NCBI GenBank assembly: GCA_900553985.1
Contig: USFW01000001.1
Coordinates: 11,523 to 75,522, forward strand
Length of the DNA stretch: 64,000 bases
From: an uncultured Clostridium sp.
GTDB lineage: Bacteria; Bacillota; Clostridia; TANB77; CAG-508
Direction: 5' to 3'
Below are positions 30,758 through 42,800 of the stretch, in pieces (position 1 is the first letter of the stretch; every line of letters starts with the position of its first letter). The notes under the pieces are model-generated. The model was not told where the DNA came from. It saw nothing but the letters and a program-made list of their open reading frames with translations, and did no database searches. A program made the position numbers and the translations under genes.

Positions 30758-30964
30758 GTGATTAATTTGAAATTTAAAAGAATTAAAGATTTGAGAGAAG
30801 ATAATGATAAACTTCAAAAAGATATTGCTCAACTTCTTGGTACTTCACAACAATATTATTCTGAATATGAAAGTGGTAAAAGAACTATTCCTATTTCACA
30901 TCTCATTACTTTAGCTCAATATTACCAGACCTCTATTGATTATATAGTTGGTATTTCTGATTAA
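30758..30964 (+). CDS. Small XRE-family helix-turn-helix transcriptional regulator
   Basis: 68 aa with LQKDIAQLLGTSQQYYSEYESGKRTIPISHLITLAQYY, a Cro/C1-type HTH. The start is GTG at 30758 or TTG at 30767, after an AGGTGA RBS. Confidence 0.65.
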   Translation: MINLKFKRIKDLREDNDKLQKDIAQLLGTSQQYYSEYESGKRTIPISHLITLAQYYQTSIDYIVGISD

Positions 30965-30984
30965 AAAAATAATACTCAAAATAA

Positions 30985-31036
30985 AAAAACAAGTTAAATT
31001 AATCTATATTATAAAATTAATTTAATTTGTTTTATA
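30985..31036. terminator. Bidirectional terminator between the XRE gene and the J-domain gene
   Basis: ACAAGTTAAATTAAT ... ATTAATTTAATTTGT 15-bp stem with one mismatch, followed by a T-run. Confidence 0.5.
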
Positions 31037-31091
31037 TTTATTATTTTTTGTATTTCTCTTTATTTAATTTATATTTTATTTTTCTACTTTT

Positions 31092-31135
31092 TATCTCCGA
31101 CCCCAAAATCATCCGATCACCCAAATCACCAAAGT
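31092..31135. repeat. Copy 5 of the palindromic element (partial and degraded)
   Basis: TCTCCGACCCCAAAATCAT followed by the degenerate repeats CCGATCACCCAAATCACCAAAGTCACT. Confidence 0.6.
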
Positions 31136-31143
31136 CACTAAAA

Positions 31144-31764
31144 TTATGAGAATAAATTTCCTATCCAATTAAATAAAGGATTTTCAAACAGAAATTCTCT
31201 CATCCATCCATTGGTAAATGGAATAAACCATAATATTATTCCTATTAATATCACAACAATTATAGTAAGTATTACTGCAATAATATCATTTTGTGTAATT
31301 TTTTTAAATTCATCTCTTTTAGGCTTATTTTTATATAATTCTTTTGTTAACTCTACAATTCCAGCAAAACTACCTAATTTTTTATTATATTCCTGCTCAG
31401 TATTTTTTTCATTATTTGATTTATTTGCATTATTTTTATTAAATTCACTATTATTTATATCATTCTCACTATTAGTTTGATATTCCTTGAAATTATTTCT
31501 CACACTATATTTTTTTTGATACATTTCTTCTATTTCTTTTTCAAGTTCTGTATCGTATTGTTCTTTTAAAAATTCGTCTGATAATACATCATATGCTTCA
31601 TTAATATCTTTTATTTTCTTTTCTGCATATTTTTGTTTTTCACCAGTATATAAATCCGGATGATATTTTTTAACTAATACTTTATATGCTTTTTCTATAA
31701 CTTCTTTTGATGCTCTTTTATTTACTTCTAATATATCATAATAATTTTTCATATTTATTCCCAA
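31144..31764 (-). CDS. J-domain (DnaJ-like) protein with a C-terminal transmembrane anchor
   Basis: N-terminal J domain with HPD (YYDILEVNKRASKEVIEKAYKVLVKKYHPDLY), an N/K-rich linker, and a C-terminal TM (IIAVILTIIVVILIGIILWFI). Confidence 0.75.
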   Translation of the reverse strand: MGINMKNYYDILEVNKRASKEVIEKAYKVLVKKYHPDLYTGEKQKYAEKKIKDINEAYDVLSDEFLKEQYDTELEKEIEEMYQKKYSVRNNFKEYQTNSENDINNSEFNKNNANKSNNEKNTEQEYNKKLGSFAGIVELTKELYKNKPKRDEFKKITQNDIIAVILTIIVVILIGIILWFIPFTNGWMREFLFENPLFNWIGNLFS

Positions 31765-31860
31765 AAGTTTCCCTTTCTCTTCTTCTGTTATTGTTATTTT
31801 ATACTAAATTATAAAAAATAGCAATACAAATATATTCAAAACTTATTTATCCTAAATACT

Positions 31861-31903
31861 AAAAACCAGAATTATTAGTATTATTTAATAATTCTGGTTT
31901 ACT
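31861..31903 (-). terminator. Rho-independent terminator of ftsH
   Basis: AACCAGAATTATT ... AATAATTCTGGTT stem followed by a U-run on the minus strand. Confidence 0.6.
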
Positions 31904-31994
31904 TTTACTCAAACTTTTTATATGTTATTTAATAATAAATATTTTGATATTATTCATTATTAAATAATAACTTTCATTTTCTTATATTCCTATT

Positions 31995-33812
31995 TTAATT
32001 ATTAGATTCACCAAATATTGCTTCAAATTCATCAGCTTCAATTTTTTCTTTTTCTAATAAAATGCCCGCTACTTGATGTAATTTATCAACATTATCTGTT
32101 AATATTTGTTTAGCTCTATTATATCCAGTATCTACTATTCTTTTTGTTTCTTCATCTATTACTGCTGCTGTTTCTTCTGAATATTCTTTTGTATGTCCAA
32201 AATCTCTTCCTAGGAATACTTCTTCTTGGCTTTCACCTAACATTAAAGCTCCTATTCTTTCACTCATACCGTATTTTGTTACCATGCTTCTAGCTATTTT
32301 TGTAGCTCTTTCTATATCATTACTTGCTCCTGTTGATATATCATTTAATATAAGTGCTTCTGCTACTCTTCCTCCTAGTAATGATACAATATTTTCTTCC
32401 ATTTCTGTTTTTGACATGAATGATTTATCTTCTGTTGGTCTATACATTGTATATCCCCCAGCCATTCCTCTTGGTACTATTGATATTTGATGCACTGGGT
32501 CTTGTGTTTCTAAGTAGTGACTTACTACTGCATGGCCTGCTTCATGATATGCTACTAGTCTATTTTCTTTATCGCTTCTTACTCTTGTTTTCTTTTCTGG
32601 TCCCATTGTAACTTTTACCATTGCATCTTCTATTTCTTTCATTCCAATTTCAGTTAAGTTTCTTCTTGCTGCTAAAAGTGCTGCCTCATTTAGGACATTT
32701 TCTAAATCTGCTCCTGCGAATCCTGAAGTATTTTTTGCTATTATTTTTAGATCTACATCATCTGCTAGTCTTTTCTTTCTTGAATGTACTTCTAATATTT
32801 GTTCTCTTGCTTTTACATCTGGTGCTCCTACTACTATTTGTCTATCAAATCTTCCTGCTCTTAGTAAGGCTTTATCTAATACATCTGGTCTGTTTGTTGC
32901 TGCTAAAACGATTACTCCTTCATTTTCAGCAAATCCATCCATTTCTACTAATAATTGATTTAATGTTTGTTCTCTTTCATCATGTCCTCCACCAAGTCCT
33001 GCACCTCTTTGTCTTCCTACTGCATCTATTTCGTCTATAAATATGATACATGGTGCATTTTTCTTAGCTTCTTCAAATAAATCTCTTACTCTTGATGCTC
33101 CTACTCCGACGAACATTTCAACAAAGTCTGAGCCACTTATTATGAAAAATGGTACTCCTGCTTCTCCTGCTACTGCTTTTGCTAATAAAGTTTTACCTGT
33201 TCCTGGTTGACCTACTAATAAAACTCCTTTTGGAATTCTTGCTCCCATATCTGTAAATTTCTTTGGATTTTTTAAGAATTGTACTATTTCACTTAATTCT
33301 TCTTTTTCTTCATCAACACCTGCTACATCTTCAAATGTTATTCTATTCTTTTCTGCTGGTGTCATCATTCTAGCTTTGCTTTTTCCAAATGCCATTGTTT
33401 TATTACCCGGAGCTCCACTATTTGCTCCTCCCATCATTAAGAACCAGAATACTAAGAAAATTATTATTATTCCAAATGGTGTTAACAAGCTAAGAATTGT
33501 TATGAATATTGACTCAGATTTTTCTTCTAAAGTAAACGCTCCTGCTTTAAGAAAGTCTTCTGTATAAGCCATAAAACTTTCCATATCTGGTATGTTTACT
33601 TCTTTTTTTACTCTATCGTCTTTTAATTGTACTTGTGCATTTTTACCATCTGCTTGTATTTGTATTGATTCAACATTTCCATTATTAATATCAGCTATTA
33701 AATCAGAATATTTTAATTTAGAATTACTATTTTCTAGTACTGATGATAATACTACAATAAATATTACTCCTATAATTAGCCACATAGCTAATGTTTTAAT
33801 TCCATTTTTCAA
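31995..33812 (-). CDS. ftsH: ATP-dependent zinc metalloprotease FtsH
   Basis: Two N-terminal TM segments, an AAA+ Walker A (GQPGTGKT) and the second region of homology, and an HEAGH zinc motif. Confidence 0.95.
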   Translation of the reverse strand: MKNGIKTLAMWLIIGVIFIVVLSSVLENSNSKLKYSDLIADINNGNVESIQIQADGKNAQVQLKDDRVKKEVNIPDMESFMAYTEDFLKAGAFTLEEKSESIFITILSLLTPFGIIIIFLVFWFLMMGGANSGAPGNKTMAFGKSKARMMTPAEKNRITFEDVAGVDEEKEELSEIVQFLKNPKKFTDMGARIPKGVLLVGQPGTGKTLLAKAVAGEAGVPFFIISGSDFVEMFVGVGASRVRDLFEEAKKNAPCIIFIDEIDAVGRQRGAGLGGGHDEREQTLNQLLVEMDGFAENEGVIVLAATNRPDVLDKALLRAGRFDRQIVVGAPDVKAREQILEVHSRKKRLADDVDLKIIAKNTSGFAGADLENVLNEAALLAARRNLTEIGMKEIEDAMVKVTMGPEKKTRVRSDKENRLVAYHEAGHAVVSHYLETQDPVHQISIVPRGMAGGYTMYRPTEDKSFMSKTEMEENIVSLLGGRVAEALILNDISTGASNDIERATKIARSMVTKYGMSERIGALMLGESQEEVFLGRDFGHTKEYSEETAAVIDEETKRIVDTGYNRAKQILTDNVDKLHQVAGILLEKEKIEADEFEAIFGESNN

Positions 33813-33948
33813 AATTTCTTCCTCCTCTTTTATGCATTATGTTAAAGTCACAATACATCCCCTTTATGTTTTAAAATCTTATATCATATTGTTTTTTGTT
33901 TTTCAATAGTTTTTTTATTTCTTTTTTATTACAAAATTACCGTACTTT

Positions 33949-34989
33949 CTATCCCTTTACGGATACTTGATAACTAGCTTTACCTAAAAAATATATTTTT
34001 GAATTTTTAGTTAAAACTTTTATATTTTTGTTTGGAGTTAAATATTTATTTCCTACATTATTATTGCAAAGTTTAATAATATCTTCTATATGTATTTTTT
34101 CTATTCCTTTACTATTCCCAAAAATCCTCGTTATAGTATATAGTATTAATCTCGATTTTATTACTTTTTCTTCATTATTAAATTTCTTTAAATCTACTAT
34201 TATTGTTCTTTTTTCTAAATCTTCTTCTATAAGTATTTCTTTATATTCTTTTTCGACTTGTTTTTCTATGTATCTTTCTTCTTCCTCTACTAAATTTGAT
34301 AGCCTATTTATTGTTTCTATAATATTTGGATTAAATTCTTGCTTTATAAATGGTATTACAATATTTCTTATTTTATTTCTGGTATAAATATTTTCAAAAT
34401 TTGTTCTGTCTATTCTTGGATTTAAGTTTTCTTTTTCACAATATTTTTCAATTTCTTCTCTTTCACATTCGATAAGTGGTCTTATATATTTTTCTCTCTT
34501 TGCTTCAATTCCTTTTAATCCTGAAACTCCGCTTCCTCTTATTATATTCATTATTACTGTTTCTGTATTGTCATTTTTATTATGTGCTATTGCAATTTTA
34601 TTTGAATCTGTTTTTTCTAATATTTCATCAAAAAACTTATATCTTTCATTCCTTCCAGCTTCTTCTGTTCCTATTTTATTAGTATTGGCAATTTTTTCTA
34701 CATCTATACTTTTTGAATAGAAATTAATTCCATTTTCCTTACAATAGTTTTTTACATAATTTTCATCTTCTTTTGCTTCTTCCCTAATCATATGATTAAT
34801 GTGTGCAACTGTAATTTCAAAATCTAATGTTCCATTTTCTTTTATTTCTTTTAGAACATTTAACATACACATTGAATCAGGTCCTCCAGAAACTCCTAAT
34901 ACTAGCTTGTCTCCATTTGATATTAATTCATAATTTTTAATTGTGTCTAAAATTTTTTCTTTTAATCCATATATTATTCTTTTTGCCAT
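33949..34989 (-). CDS. tilS: tRNA(Ile)-lysidine synthetase TilS
   Basis: PP-loop SGGPDS motif (LGVSGGPDSMCMLNVL). The likely start is the ATG at 34989 (MAKRIIYG...) with a GGAAGG RBS; the ORF track extends to 35037 and overlaps the dnaB stop. Confidence 0.8.
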   Translation of the reverse strand: MAKRIIYGLKEKILDTIKNYELISNGDKLVLGVSGGPDSMCMLNVLKEIKENGTLDFEITVAHINHMIREEAKEDENYVKNYCKENGINFYSKSIDVEKIANTNKIGTEEAGRNERYKFFDEILEKTDSNKIAIAHNKNDNTETVIMNIIRGSGVSGLKGIEAKREKYIRPLIECEREEIEKYCEKENLNPRIDRTNFENIYTRNKIRNIVIPFIKQEFNPNIIETINRLSNLVEEEERYIEKQVEKEYKEILIEEDLEKRTIIVDLKKFNNEEKVIKSRLILYTITRIFGNSKGIEKIHIEDIIKLCNNNVGNKYLTPNKNIKVLTKNSKIYFLGKASYQVSVKG

Positions 34990-35026
34990 TTTTCTATCAT
35001 TCCTTCCATTTAAGGCACAAATCACA

Positions 35027-36361
35027 CTAATCGTCAAATCTTCTTTCTAAATTAACGAATTTTGTATAACTTCCTAACCATAATAGTTCTACTGTTCCAG
35101 TTGAGCCTCCTCTGTGTTTTGCAATTATTACTTCTGCTATATCTTTCTTTTCACTATCTTGGTTGTAATAGTCATCTCTATATAAAAACATAACTATATC
35201 GGCATCTTGCTCTATTGCTCCTGATTCTCTTAAGTCTGATAGCATTGGCCTATGGTCTGGTCTTTGTTCTACAGCTCTTGATAATTGGGATAATGCTATT
35301 ACTGGTACTCCAATTTCTTTTGCTAAGATTTTTAAAGACCTACTAATTTCTGAAATTTCTTGCTCACGGCTTCCATTTCTTTTATTGCTACCTTGAACTA
35401 ATTGTAAATAGTCAATTACTACCATTCCTATATTTTTCTCTAATTTTAATTTTCTACATTTAGCTCTTATTTCTGTAACAGATATACCTGGTGTATCATC
35501 TATAAATATTTCAGCTTCTGATAATGGTCCTATACTTCCTGCCAATTTTGTCCAATCATCTTCTTCTAGCTTTCCTGTTCTTACCTTATTACTATCAACC
35601 ATAGCTTCACTACATAAAATTCTGTTTACCATTTGTTCTTTTGACATCTCCAAGCTAAATATAACTACTGGTACATTTGCTCTTACAGCTGCATTTGTTG
35701 CTATATTCAATGCAAAAGCAGATTTTCCCATAGCAGGTCTTGCTGCTATTAATATTAAATCTGACCCATGAAAACCTGCTGTTTTATAGTCAAGTTCTGT
35801 AAATCCTGTTGGAACTCCTGTAATATGTTGTTTTCTATTATATAATTCTTCTAGTTGAGTAAAGCTATCAACCAAAATATCTTTTATTGGGGAATAACTT
35901 TTTTTGTCTTTGTTTTGCATTATATTAAAAATCTTCTTCTCTGCATTTTCCATAACATCTGTCACATCTTCTGTTGGATCATATCCTAATTCTATTATTT
36001 CGTTTGCAGTCTTTATTAAACTTCTTAATGTAGATTTTTCTTCAACAATATTCACATATTTCATTGCATTAGCTGTTGTTGGTACTTTGTCTGGTAACAT
36101 TGCTAAATATTCAAGACCACCAACTTGTTCAAACTTTCCTAAAGATTCTAATTCTGCTTTTACGGTAATTATATCTATTGGCTCTGCTCTACTATATAAA
36201 TTTAAAATTGCTCCATAAATTGCTCTATTATCAGCTCTATAAAAATCTTCTTCTTTTAAGACTTCTATTGCTGATATAACTGCATCTTTATCAGTAAGCA
36301 TACTTCCTAAAATTGCTTGTTCTGCTTCTATGTCATTTGGCGGTACTTTTCCTAGTTCCAT
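35027..36361 (-). CDS. dnaB: Replicative DNA helicase (DnaB family)
   Basis: DnaB N-terminal domain, Walker A AARPAMGKSAF, and H2/H3/H4 helicase motifs (IDYLQL, LSQLSR). Confidence 0.95.
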   Translation of the reverse strand: MELGKVPPNDIEAEQAILGSMLTDKDAVISAIEVLKEEDFYRADNRAIYGAILNLYSRAEPIDIITVKAELESLGKFEQVGGLEYLAMLPDKVPTTANAMKYVNIVEEKSTLRSLIKTANEIIELGYDPTEDVTDVMENAEKKIFNIMQNKDKKSYSPIKDILVDSFTQLEELYNRKQHITGVPTGFTELDYKTAGFHGSDLILIAARPAMGKSAFALNIATNAAVRANVPVVIFSLEMSKEQMVNRILCSEAMVDSNKVRTGKLEEDDWTKLAGSIGPLSEAEIFIDDTPGISVTEIRAKCRKLKLEKNIGMVVIDYLQLVQGSNKRNGSREQEISEISRSLKILAKEIGVPVIALSQLSRAVEQRPDHRPMLSDLRESGAIEQDADIVMFLYRDDYYNQDSEKKDIAEVIIAKHRGGSTGTVELLWLGSYTKFVNLERRFDD

Positions 36362-36498
36362 TTTTATTCCCCCATATATTTTTAGATTTTTAAATTTGTT
36401 TTCTATAGTTTGTGCTTCATTTTAAAACAAATTTATATATTGAAGCTTTTTTCTTTACACTGAAATGATAAATTCATTATATATTGAAGCTATTATCT

Positions 36499-36945
36499 TT
36501 ATTCTGAAATAACATCTATTTTTACTTTTCCAATTACCCCTTCAAATAGTTTTATTTCTACACTTCTTATGCCTAATTCTTTTATTGTTTCTTTTAATTC
36601 TATTTTCTTTTTATCAACTACAATGTTGTATTGTTCTTTTAATTCTTGTGCTATTTCTTTTGAAGATACTCCACCAAAAATTTTTCCATTTCCTCCTGCT
36701 TTTACTTTTATTTTTAATGATATTTTTGATAATTTACCTGCAATTTTCATTGCTTCCTCTTTTTCTTGATTTTTTTGATATTTAGCTGAATCTTGTTTTG
36801 CTTTTAACTTACTCATATTTTCTTTATTCGCTTCTACTGCTAAATTTTTTGGGAATAAAAAATTTCTTGCATATCCATCTGATGCATTTATTACTTGGTC
36901 TTTTTTCCCTACACCTTTTATATCTGCTTTTAATATTACTTTCAT
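36499..36945 (-). CDS. rplI: 50S ribosomal protein L9
   Basis: MKVILKADIKGVGKKDQVINASDGYARNFLFPKNLA...; full-length L9. Confidence 0.95.
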   Translation of the reverse strand: MKVILKADIKGVGKKDQVINASDGYARNFLFPKNLAVEANKENMSKLKAKQDSAKYQKNQEKEEAMKIAGKLSKISLKIKVKAGGNGKIFGGVSSKEIAQELKEQYNIVVDKKKIELKETIKELGIRSVEIKLFEGVIGKVKIDVISE

Positions 36946-37070
36946 CGTTATATACCTCCTTATTTAGTAAAAACTATGATATATTTTACTACACTTATTC
37001 GCTTTTTTCAAGTTCTTTAGTGTATATAAATTTTTTAAAAGTATTGATTTCTCAATTATTTAAAGCTATG

Positions 37071-37110
37071 AAAGGCGACTAATTATAAATAATTAGTCGC
37101 CAGTTTTTTA
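37071..37110. terminator. Hairpin downstream of gdpP (GGCGACTAATTA ... TAATTAGTCGCC). The T-run is stronger on the plus strand.
   Basis: Perfect 12-bp GC-containing stem. The minus-strand 3' flank is only UUUCAU, so termination of gdpP here is uncertain. Confidence 0.4.
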
Positions 37111-37124
37111 ATAATTATTTTCAA

Positions 37125-39140
37125 TTATTCAATTTCTGAAAAATACTCATTAATTCTATTTATCAATTCTTGTTTAGTTTCTTCCATTGTCATTCCTTCA
37201 ACTTGAGCTCCTGCTAAAGTAATGTGACCTCCACCGCCTAGTTTTTCAAGTATTATTTGTACATTTATATCTCCAATAGACCTTCCACTTATGCATATTT
37301 TATTTCCCATTCTTCCCAGTACGAAAGATGCTGTAATGTCACTAATTGTTAACAATTCATCTGCTGCTTTTGCACATATTACACTTGAGTCTTTTTCTTT
37401 TTTATCATATATTGCTATTGCTATTGTATCATTTACTATTTCTGCTTTTTTTACTATACCTGAAATCTTATTAAATGTTACCAAGTCACTTTGGAACCAT
37501 TTCTTAACTTTTATTATATTTACTCCACATCTACGCAAATATGCTGCTGCTTCAAATGTTCTTACTCCTGTTTTAAAAGTAAAGTTTTTTGTATCCATCA
37601 TTATTCCTGCATATAAACTTTCTGCTTCTATTGTTTTTAGTTCAACTTTTGTTTCTGCATATTGCAATAATTCTGTTACAAGCTCAGCTGCTGATGAAGC
37701 ATAAACTTCTTGGAAAGTTAAAGTAGCATTTTCTATATAATCTGCACTTCTTCTATGATGGTCAATTATTACTATTTTACCTGTTTTCTTTAATAACTCT
37801 GGTGCTTCTACGTATGTTGCTTTATGGGTATCAACAATAACTAATAATGTATCTTGGTCAATATTTTCTTCTGCTACTTCTTTACTAATTAATATATCCT
37901 CATATTCTACCTCTTTAGATAATGACTGTTTGAAGCTTTGTAATGTATTACTTTCTTGACTATCTATAATATATACATTTTTTCCAATATCTCTTGCTAA
38001 GCGATATACTCCCATACCGGCTCCCATAGAGTCAATATCAGGATTTGTATGTCCCATAATCATTACTTTGCTAGATTCTCTTATTAAATTTTCTAATGCA
38101 TGCGCTACAATTCTTGCTTTTACCTTTGTTCTTTTTTCTACTTCTTGAGCTCTTCCACCATAAAATTTATATATTTCATTTTCTCGTATAACAGCTTGAT
38201 CTCCACCTCTTCCAAGTACTATATCCATTGCTGCTCCTGCTGATTTATATTTTTCTTTATCTGTTATGCCATCATTAGATACTGCTATACTTAAAGTCAA
38301 TTGTATATTTTCTTTTGTTTTTATTTCTTTTATTTTATCTAAAATACTAAATTTATCTTCTTTTACTTTTTCTAGGTATCTTTGTTCAAATAAATATATA
38401 TATCTATCTCTATCTGATTTTATTAAAATACCGTTTGTTTTATCTGTCCATTCATAAACACATTTATCAATTTCTGCAATAACTTGAGGTTTTTCCTCGC
38501 TTTCTAATTGTTGCATTGTTTCTTCATAATTGTCTACCATCATTATAGTTACACATGATTTAGAATCTTTGTATTCTTTTTGCAATTTGATGTTTTCAGT
38601 CTCATCTATAAAATATAACATTAACATATATATATCATTGTTTTTATTTTCATGATGTTTTGAATGTACAAATTTTCCTACTATTTCATAATATTTGTTG
38701 TTTAGTTCAATATGTCTTACTATTGTTCTTTCTTTTTTATTTTCTCTACTTTCAATCTCTGTTTTTATATCTATTACTAAATCATTTAAATATGAATTTA
38801 TATCTATATTCATAAATTCTATATTAAATTTTGAACTTTTCCATATTATATTTCCATCTGTTTCTATAATTATTAGTGGAAATGGTGAATTTATTAAACT
38901 TGTTTTTGCTGCTGAATCAACTGTTAGTGTTAAATCTTGCAATGTTTCTGATATTTCACTTTTCCTTCTATTGTTTGTATAATATGAATATATCACAACA
39001 GATGCAAACAATATTATTGACGGTATTATCATTATGTGATTTTGCACACTTAGTATAATTAATAGTATTAATATTATTACTAGATATATTTTAGTTTTTG
39101 AAATTAGTGTTTCAAAAAACTTTCTATTAGAATTTTGCAT
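37125..39140 (-). CDS. gdpP: Cyclic-di-AMP phosphodiesterase GdpP (two N-terminal TM helices, PAS, degenerate GGDEF, DHH/DHHA1)
   Basis: DHH-family motifs GHTNPDIDS and VIIDHHRR, DHHA1 motif LGGGGHITLAGAQ, N-terminal TM helices, and the conserved gdpP-rplI-dnaB gene order. Confidence 0.9.
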   Translation of the reverse strand: MQNSNRKFFETLISKTKIYLVIILILLIILSVQNHIMIIPSIILFASVVIYSYYTNNRRKSEISETLQDLTLTVDSAAKTSLINSPFPLIIIETDGNIIWKSSKFNIEFMNIDINSYLNDLVIDIKTEIESRENKKERTIVRHIELNNKYYEIVGKFVHSKHHENKNNDIYMLMLYFIDETENIKLQKEYKDSKSCVTIMMVDNYEETMQQLESEEKPQVIAEIDKCVYEWTDKTNGILIKSDRDRYIYLFEQRYLEKVKEDKFSILDKIKEIKTKENIQLTLSIAVSNDGITDKEKYKSAGAAMDIVLGRGGDQAVIRENEIYKFYGGRAQEVEKRTKVKARIVAHALENLIRESSKVMIMGHTNPDIDSMGAGMGVYRLARDIGKNVYIIDSQESNTLQSFKQSLSKEVEYEDILISKEVAEENIDQDTLLVIVDTHKATYVEAPELLKKTGKIVIIDHHRRSADYIENATLTFQEVYASSAAELVTELLQYAETKVELKTIEAESLYAGIMMDTKNFTFKTGVRTFEAAAYLRRCGVNIIKVKKWFQSDLVTFNKISGIVKKAEIVNDTIAIAIYDKKEKDSSVICAKAADELLTISDITASFVLGRMGNKICISGRSIGDINVQIILEKLGGGGHITLAGAQVEGMTMEETKQELINRINEYFSEIE

Positions 39141-39266
39141 ACATCTCTCCTTTTACTATAATATATTTTACTAAGTATTGTACTGTTTGTCAAGGTTTAC
39201 GAATATTACAAATCATGTTATTAAATCAAAGGACACTTAATAGAATATATTAAATGCCCTTTATTA

Positions 39267-39839
39267 CTACTGAACCTCAAAATAATACGCTTTTTGAATA
39301 TCACAATCTATTTTATCAGTTTGTGAAAGAACTATTGTCGATTGAAACCTTTTCACTTCAGGTATACATATTTTTATTCTTCCTAATTCAGAATTGTTTT
39401 CATCTAATAAAACAACTTCTTTATCTGTTTTAGAAATATCCTCATTAGAACTATTGTAGACTTCTGCTATAAAAATAACTACATTATCTTGTTTTAATAA
39501 TCTTATATTTCTATATATCAGCCCTTCTATTCCTTTGGGTTCTAAGAAACTAGTATTTGAGTTTGAAATTTCTGTTTGTACCTCTTCTCCTAATTTTTTT
39601 AAATCTTCTTGAATTTGTTCTTGATTTTTTTGAATCTCATCTAAACTTTCTAGACTTTGTATTTCGGTTTCCGAAGGATTCACTTCTAAAACTTCTTTTG
39701 CTTCATTTTTTTCTTTTTGATTCATTTTTTGTATATAATAATATTTATATACTGTTATACTGATGCATATTAATATACTAATAATAATGAATGCTAGTAA
39801 AAATGTTTTTTTCCTTTTATCTACATATTTTTTTTTCAA
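39267..39839 (-). CDS. Small membrane-anchored extracytoplasmic protein (190 aa); paralogue of the 44481-45044 product
   Basis: An N-terminal TM (LLAFIIISILICISITVY) is followed by a ~130-aa domain. The pattern VIFIAEVYNSSNEDIS ... STIVLSQTDKIDCDIQKAYYFEV parallels IIVLIFTNEDGTEYA ... STILDASTTSDLTNAFDFRIEEI in the other protein. Confidence 0.5.
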   Translation of the reverse strand: MKKKYVDKRKKTFLLAFIIISILICISITVYKYYYIQKMNQKEKNEAKEVLEVNPSETEIQSLESLDEIQKNQEQIQEDLKKLGEEVQTEISNSNTSFLEPKGIEGLIYRNIRLLKQDNVVIFIAEVYNSSNEDISKTDKEVVLLDENNSELGRIKICIPEVKRFQSTIVLSQTDKIDCDIQKAYYFEVQ

Positions 39840-39858
39840 CTTTATTTTCCTTTCTAAT

Positions 39859-42800
39859 CTATCCTGGACAATTCATTGGAATTCCTTCTGGTCTATTTGG
39901 ACACTTAAACCATGAAACCGGTGATTTCTTTCCACATATTGTACATATAGGATGTCTATATTGATAGTGGTATCCCCCGCATTCACATGACCATCCATAT
40001 GAGTGATTGTGAAGAGTTGTACAGTATCCTCCTGTATTACAAGTATGTGCTGGCGGAGATTCTGCTACTATGTTTACACCTAATGTTGTTATCATTTGGT
40101 CTTTTCCGTTTATTTTAGCGTACACATGTGTATTATACCAACCACTTTCATAATTATGATTTGAAACTTTTACTTCACCTATGTATGCTCCGTTTCCTAA
40201 AGGTCTTGTAGTTATCCATTCTATATCATCTTGTGAGTTTTTGTTTGTCCATGTTGGAAGTAATACCTCACTTACATTACTTCTATTTGTATAAACAGTT
40301 ACATTATATCCTTTTGATGTAACATTCCATATATATGCCATCTCTGTATTTGGCACTGTAGCTGATGTCCCTAAAGTTAAATTAGACACTCCACTTGCAT
40401 TTTTCTCATATGTATGTATATTATATTTACCCGATTCATAATTATGACTTGCTACACCGACATGATATGTATACGCCCCATTGCCAACTGATTTAGCCGC
40501 ATACCATTTAATATCATCTTGAGTTGTATTTCCTATTTTCTTTTCTGTCCATACTGGAAATTCTACTTTGCTTAGTCCTGGAGAATCTGTATAATATTCA
40601 ATATCAAATCCTTCTCTGTTAATATTTTTTGTTGTCAAATATTTTTCACTTTTTATTTCTGTTGAAGTACCTGCTATAAAAATATTCTTTTGATTTGCTG
40701 TATTATAGTAAGCATGAGTATTGTATTTTCCATATTCATAATTATGATCTGAAACATTTACTCTAAAATAATATACTCCTGTTTTTTCTAAAGTTCCAGC
40801 TTTCCAAATCATATCGTCTTGATTATTTTTTTCTGTCCATGTAGGAAATAATACTTCTTGTATCCCTGTTGCATCTGTATATGCATATACATCATATCCA
40901 TCACGCTTAACATTTTTTATTTCCACTACATTCGTTAACTTCTTAGTTATTGTTTTTGTAGAACTATTTCCTGAAGTATCTCTAACCACTACTTTCAATG
41001 AATATGTTTTTAATGGTGTCAAATTTGTATATGTATATGATGCACTAGTACTAGATGTTGTTAATGTTCCTTTCAATACATTATCTAAGTAAAATTCATA
41101 TTTTTGTATTGCTACATTGTCGGTTGCATTTACCTCAACTTTTATTGATGAGGCAGTTATATCTCCTAATTCAAATTTATTAATAACAGGCGCTTGTGTA
41201 TCTGCCCAATGAGCATACATTGTTCTGTTATATGTTGGAGTATATGTTGCACCTCCATTACCTATTTTATTTCCTCCACTTGCTGCATCATACCATCCTG
41301 CAAATGTATAACCCATTCTTGTTGGTGTTGGTAATGTTATACTGTTATTTTTATAATTTGCTGTTAATGTTCCATTTCCTGCTCCGAATGTATATGTTGT
41401 TCCACTTAATGTTCCACTACCACTGTTTGTCCAACCACTAAATGATTTAGTTGATGTTATTGCTGAAGGTGTGCTTCCTCCATTTCCATTAAATGTTACT
41501 TTGTATCCGGTAGGTGCTGTTGGATTTGCTATTGTTTTTGTTGTTCCATAATTTTGTGTAAATACACTATTTTCTGTTGTACTATTCCAAGTTCCGCCAT
41601 TTGGATTTACTGTTAAAGAATAACTATTTAGCTCCCAAATTGCATAAATTGTAATTTTAGGTGAATTTGTATTTATCCAAGTATCTGATACTTCAGATAA
41701 AACACTATATTGAGCTGTTGATGCATCTCTATCTTTATTCCAGCCAAGTAAAGTATATCCTGTTTTTGTCCATCCTTTATCACTAAATTTTTGTTCAGTT
41801 ACTCCATATGTAAATGTTTGTTTAACGCTAGTGTTATCAGTTGAAGAAGTATTTCTTACAAATGTAACTTCTATTTGTTTAGCTTGCCAAACTGCGTATA
41901 AAGTAGCTGAGGCGTTATTTGTATATGTTGCTCCTGGTTGATATTCAGCTGTTGAACTAGATTTATTAGTTGACCATCCTATAAATGTATATCCTGTTCT
42001 TGAAGGCTGTATAGTACTCAATGTTATAGTTTTATTATGTTCTTTTATTTGGCTATCAGGAGCCCCTTTTCCACCATTAGCATCATATATGACTGAATAA
42101 TTTGCTATATATGGATTTGATTTTTGAATATTAATTGCTCTATTTCCAGCATTATCTGTTACTTTTGTGTATAAATACCATATTCCTCCTGATATATTTT
42201 CTGTTATTATATTTCCATTAGTAAAAGTTTTCCAATTTGGATCATCATCTAATGGCAATGTGCTAGAAGAACTTATTTGATATTCTAAAGTATTTAGTCC
42301 AGATCCATTCACATCTTGGGCATTTATACTTGTAGTTATTTGCGCAAAATTGCTATTTTGTGCAACAGTATATGTACCTCCATTTGTGCCCAACTCTACA
42401 GTTGGTGCTATTTTATCAATATTAGTTATTTGTTTTGTAGCAGTAACTTTGTTTCCATTACCGTCTATTGCTTCAGCATAAATATAGTAATTATTAGTTG
42501 TAACTACCATTTGATTTGCTGTATTTTCACTCGCAGCATTTTTTGCTTCTTCTATGCTTATTCCCATTCCAGCTTTTTTTCCTTGAGTTAATGCTGAACC
42601 ATATGTAATTGTTATATTTACATTATCTTTTGTCCATGTAGTCGGAGTAGATGTTATTACTATTTTAAATGCTTCTGAGTTATTTGAACTTACTATAAAA
42701 GGATTACTTACTTTTATTTTACTTGCTTTATTGCCTACATTATCAATTACATTTGTCCATAAATAGTATGTTCCACTTGTAGCATCATTTTTTACTATTT

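Noticed and set aside
30758-30964. XRE regulator as the antitoxin of a toxin-antitoxin pair or a prophage repressor
   Set aside because: No partner toxin ORF, integrase, or phage structural genes lie adjacent. It is flanked by terminators and a degraded repeat element.
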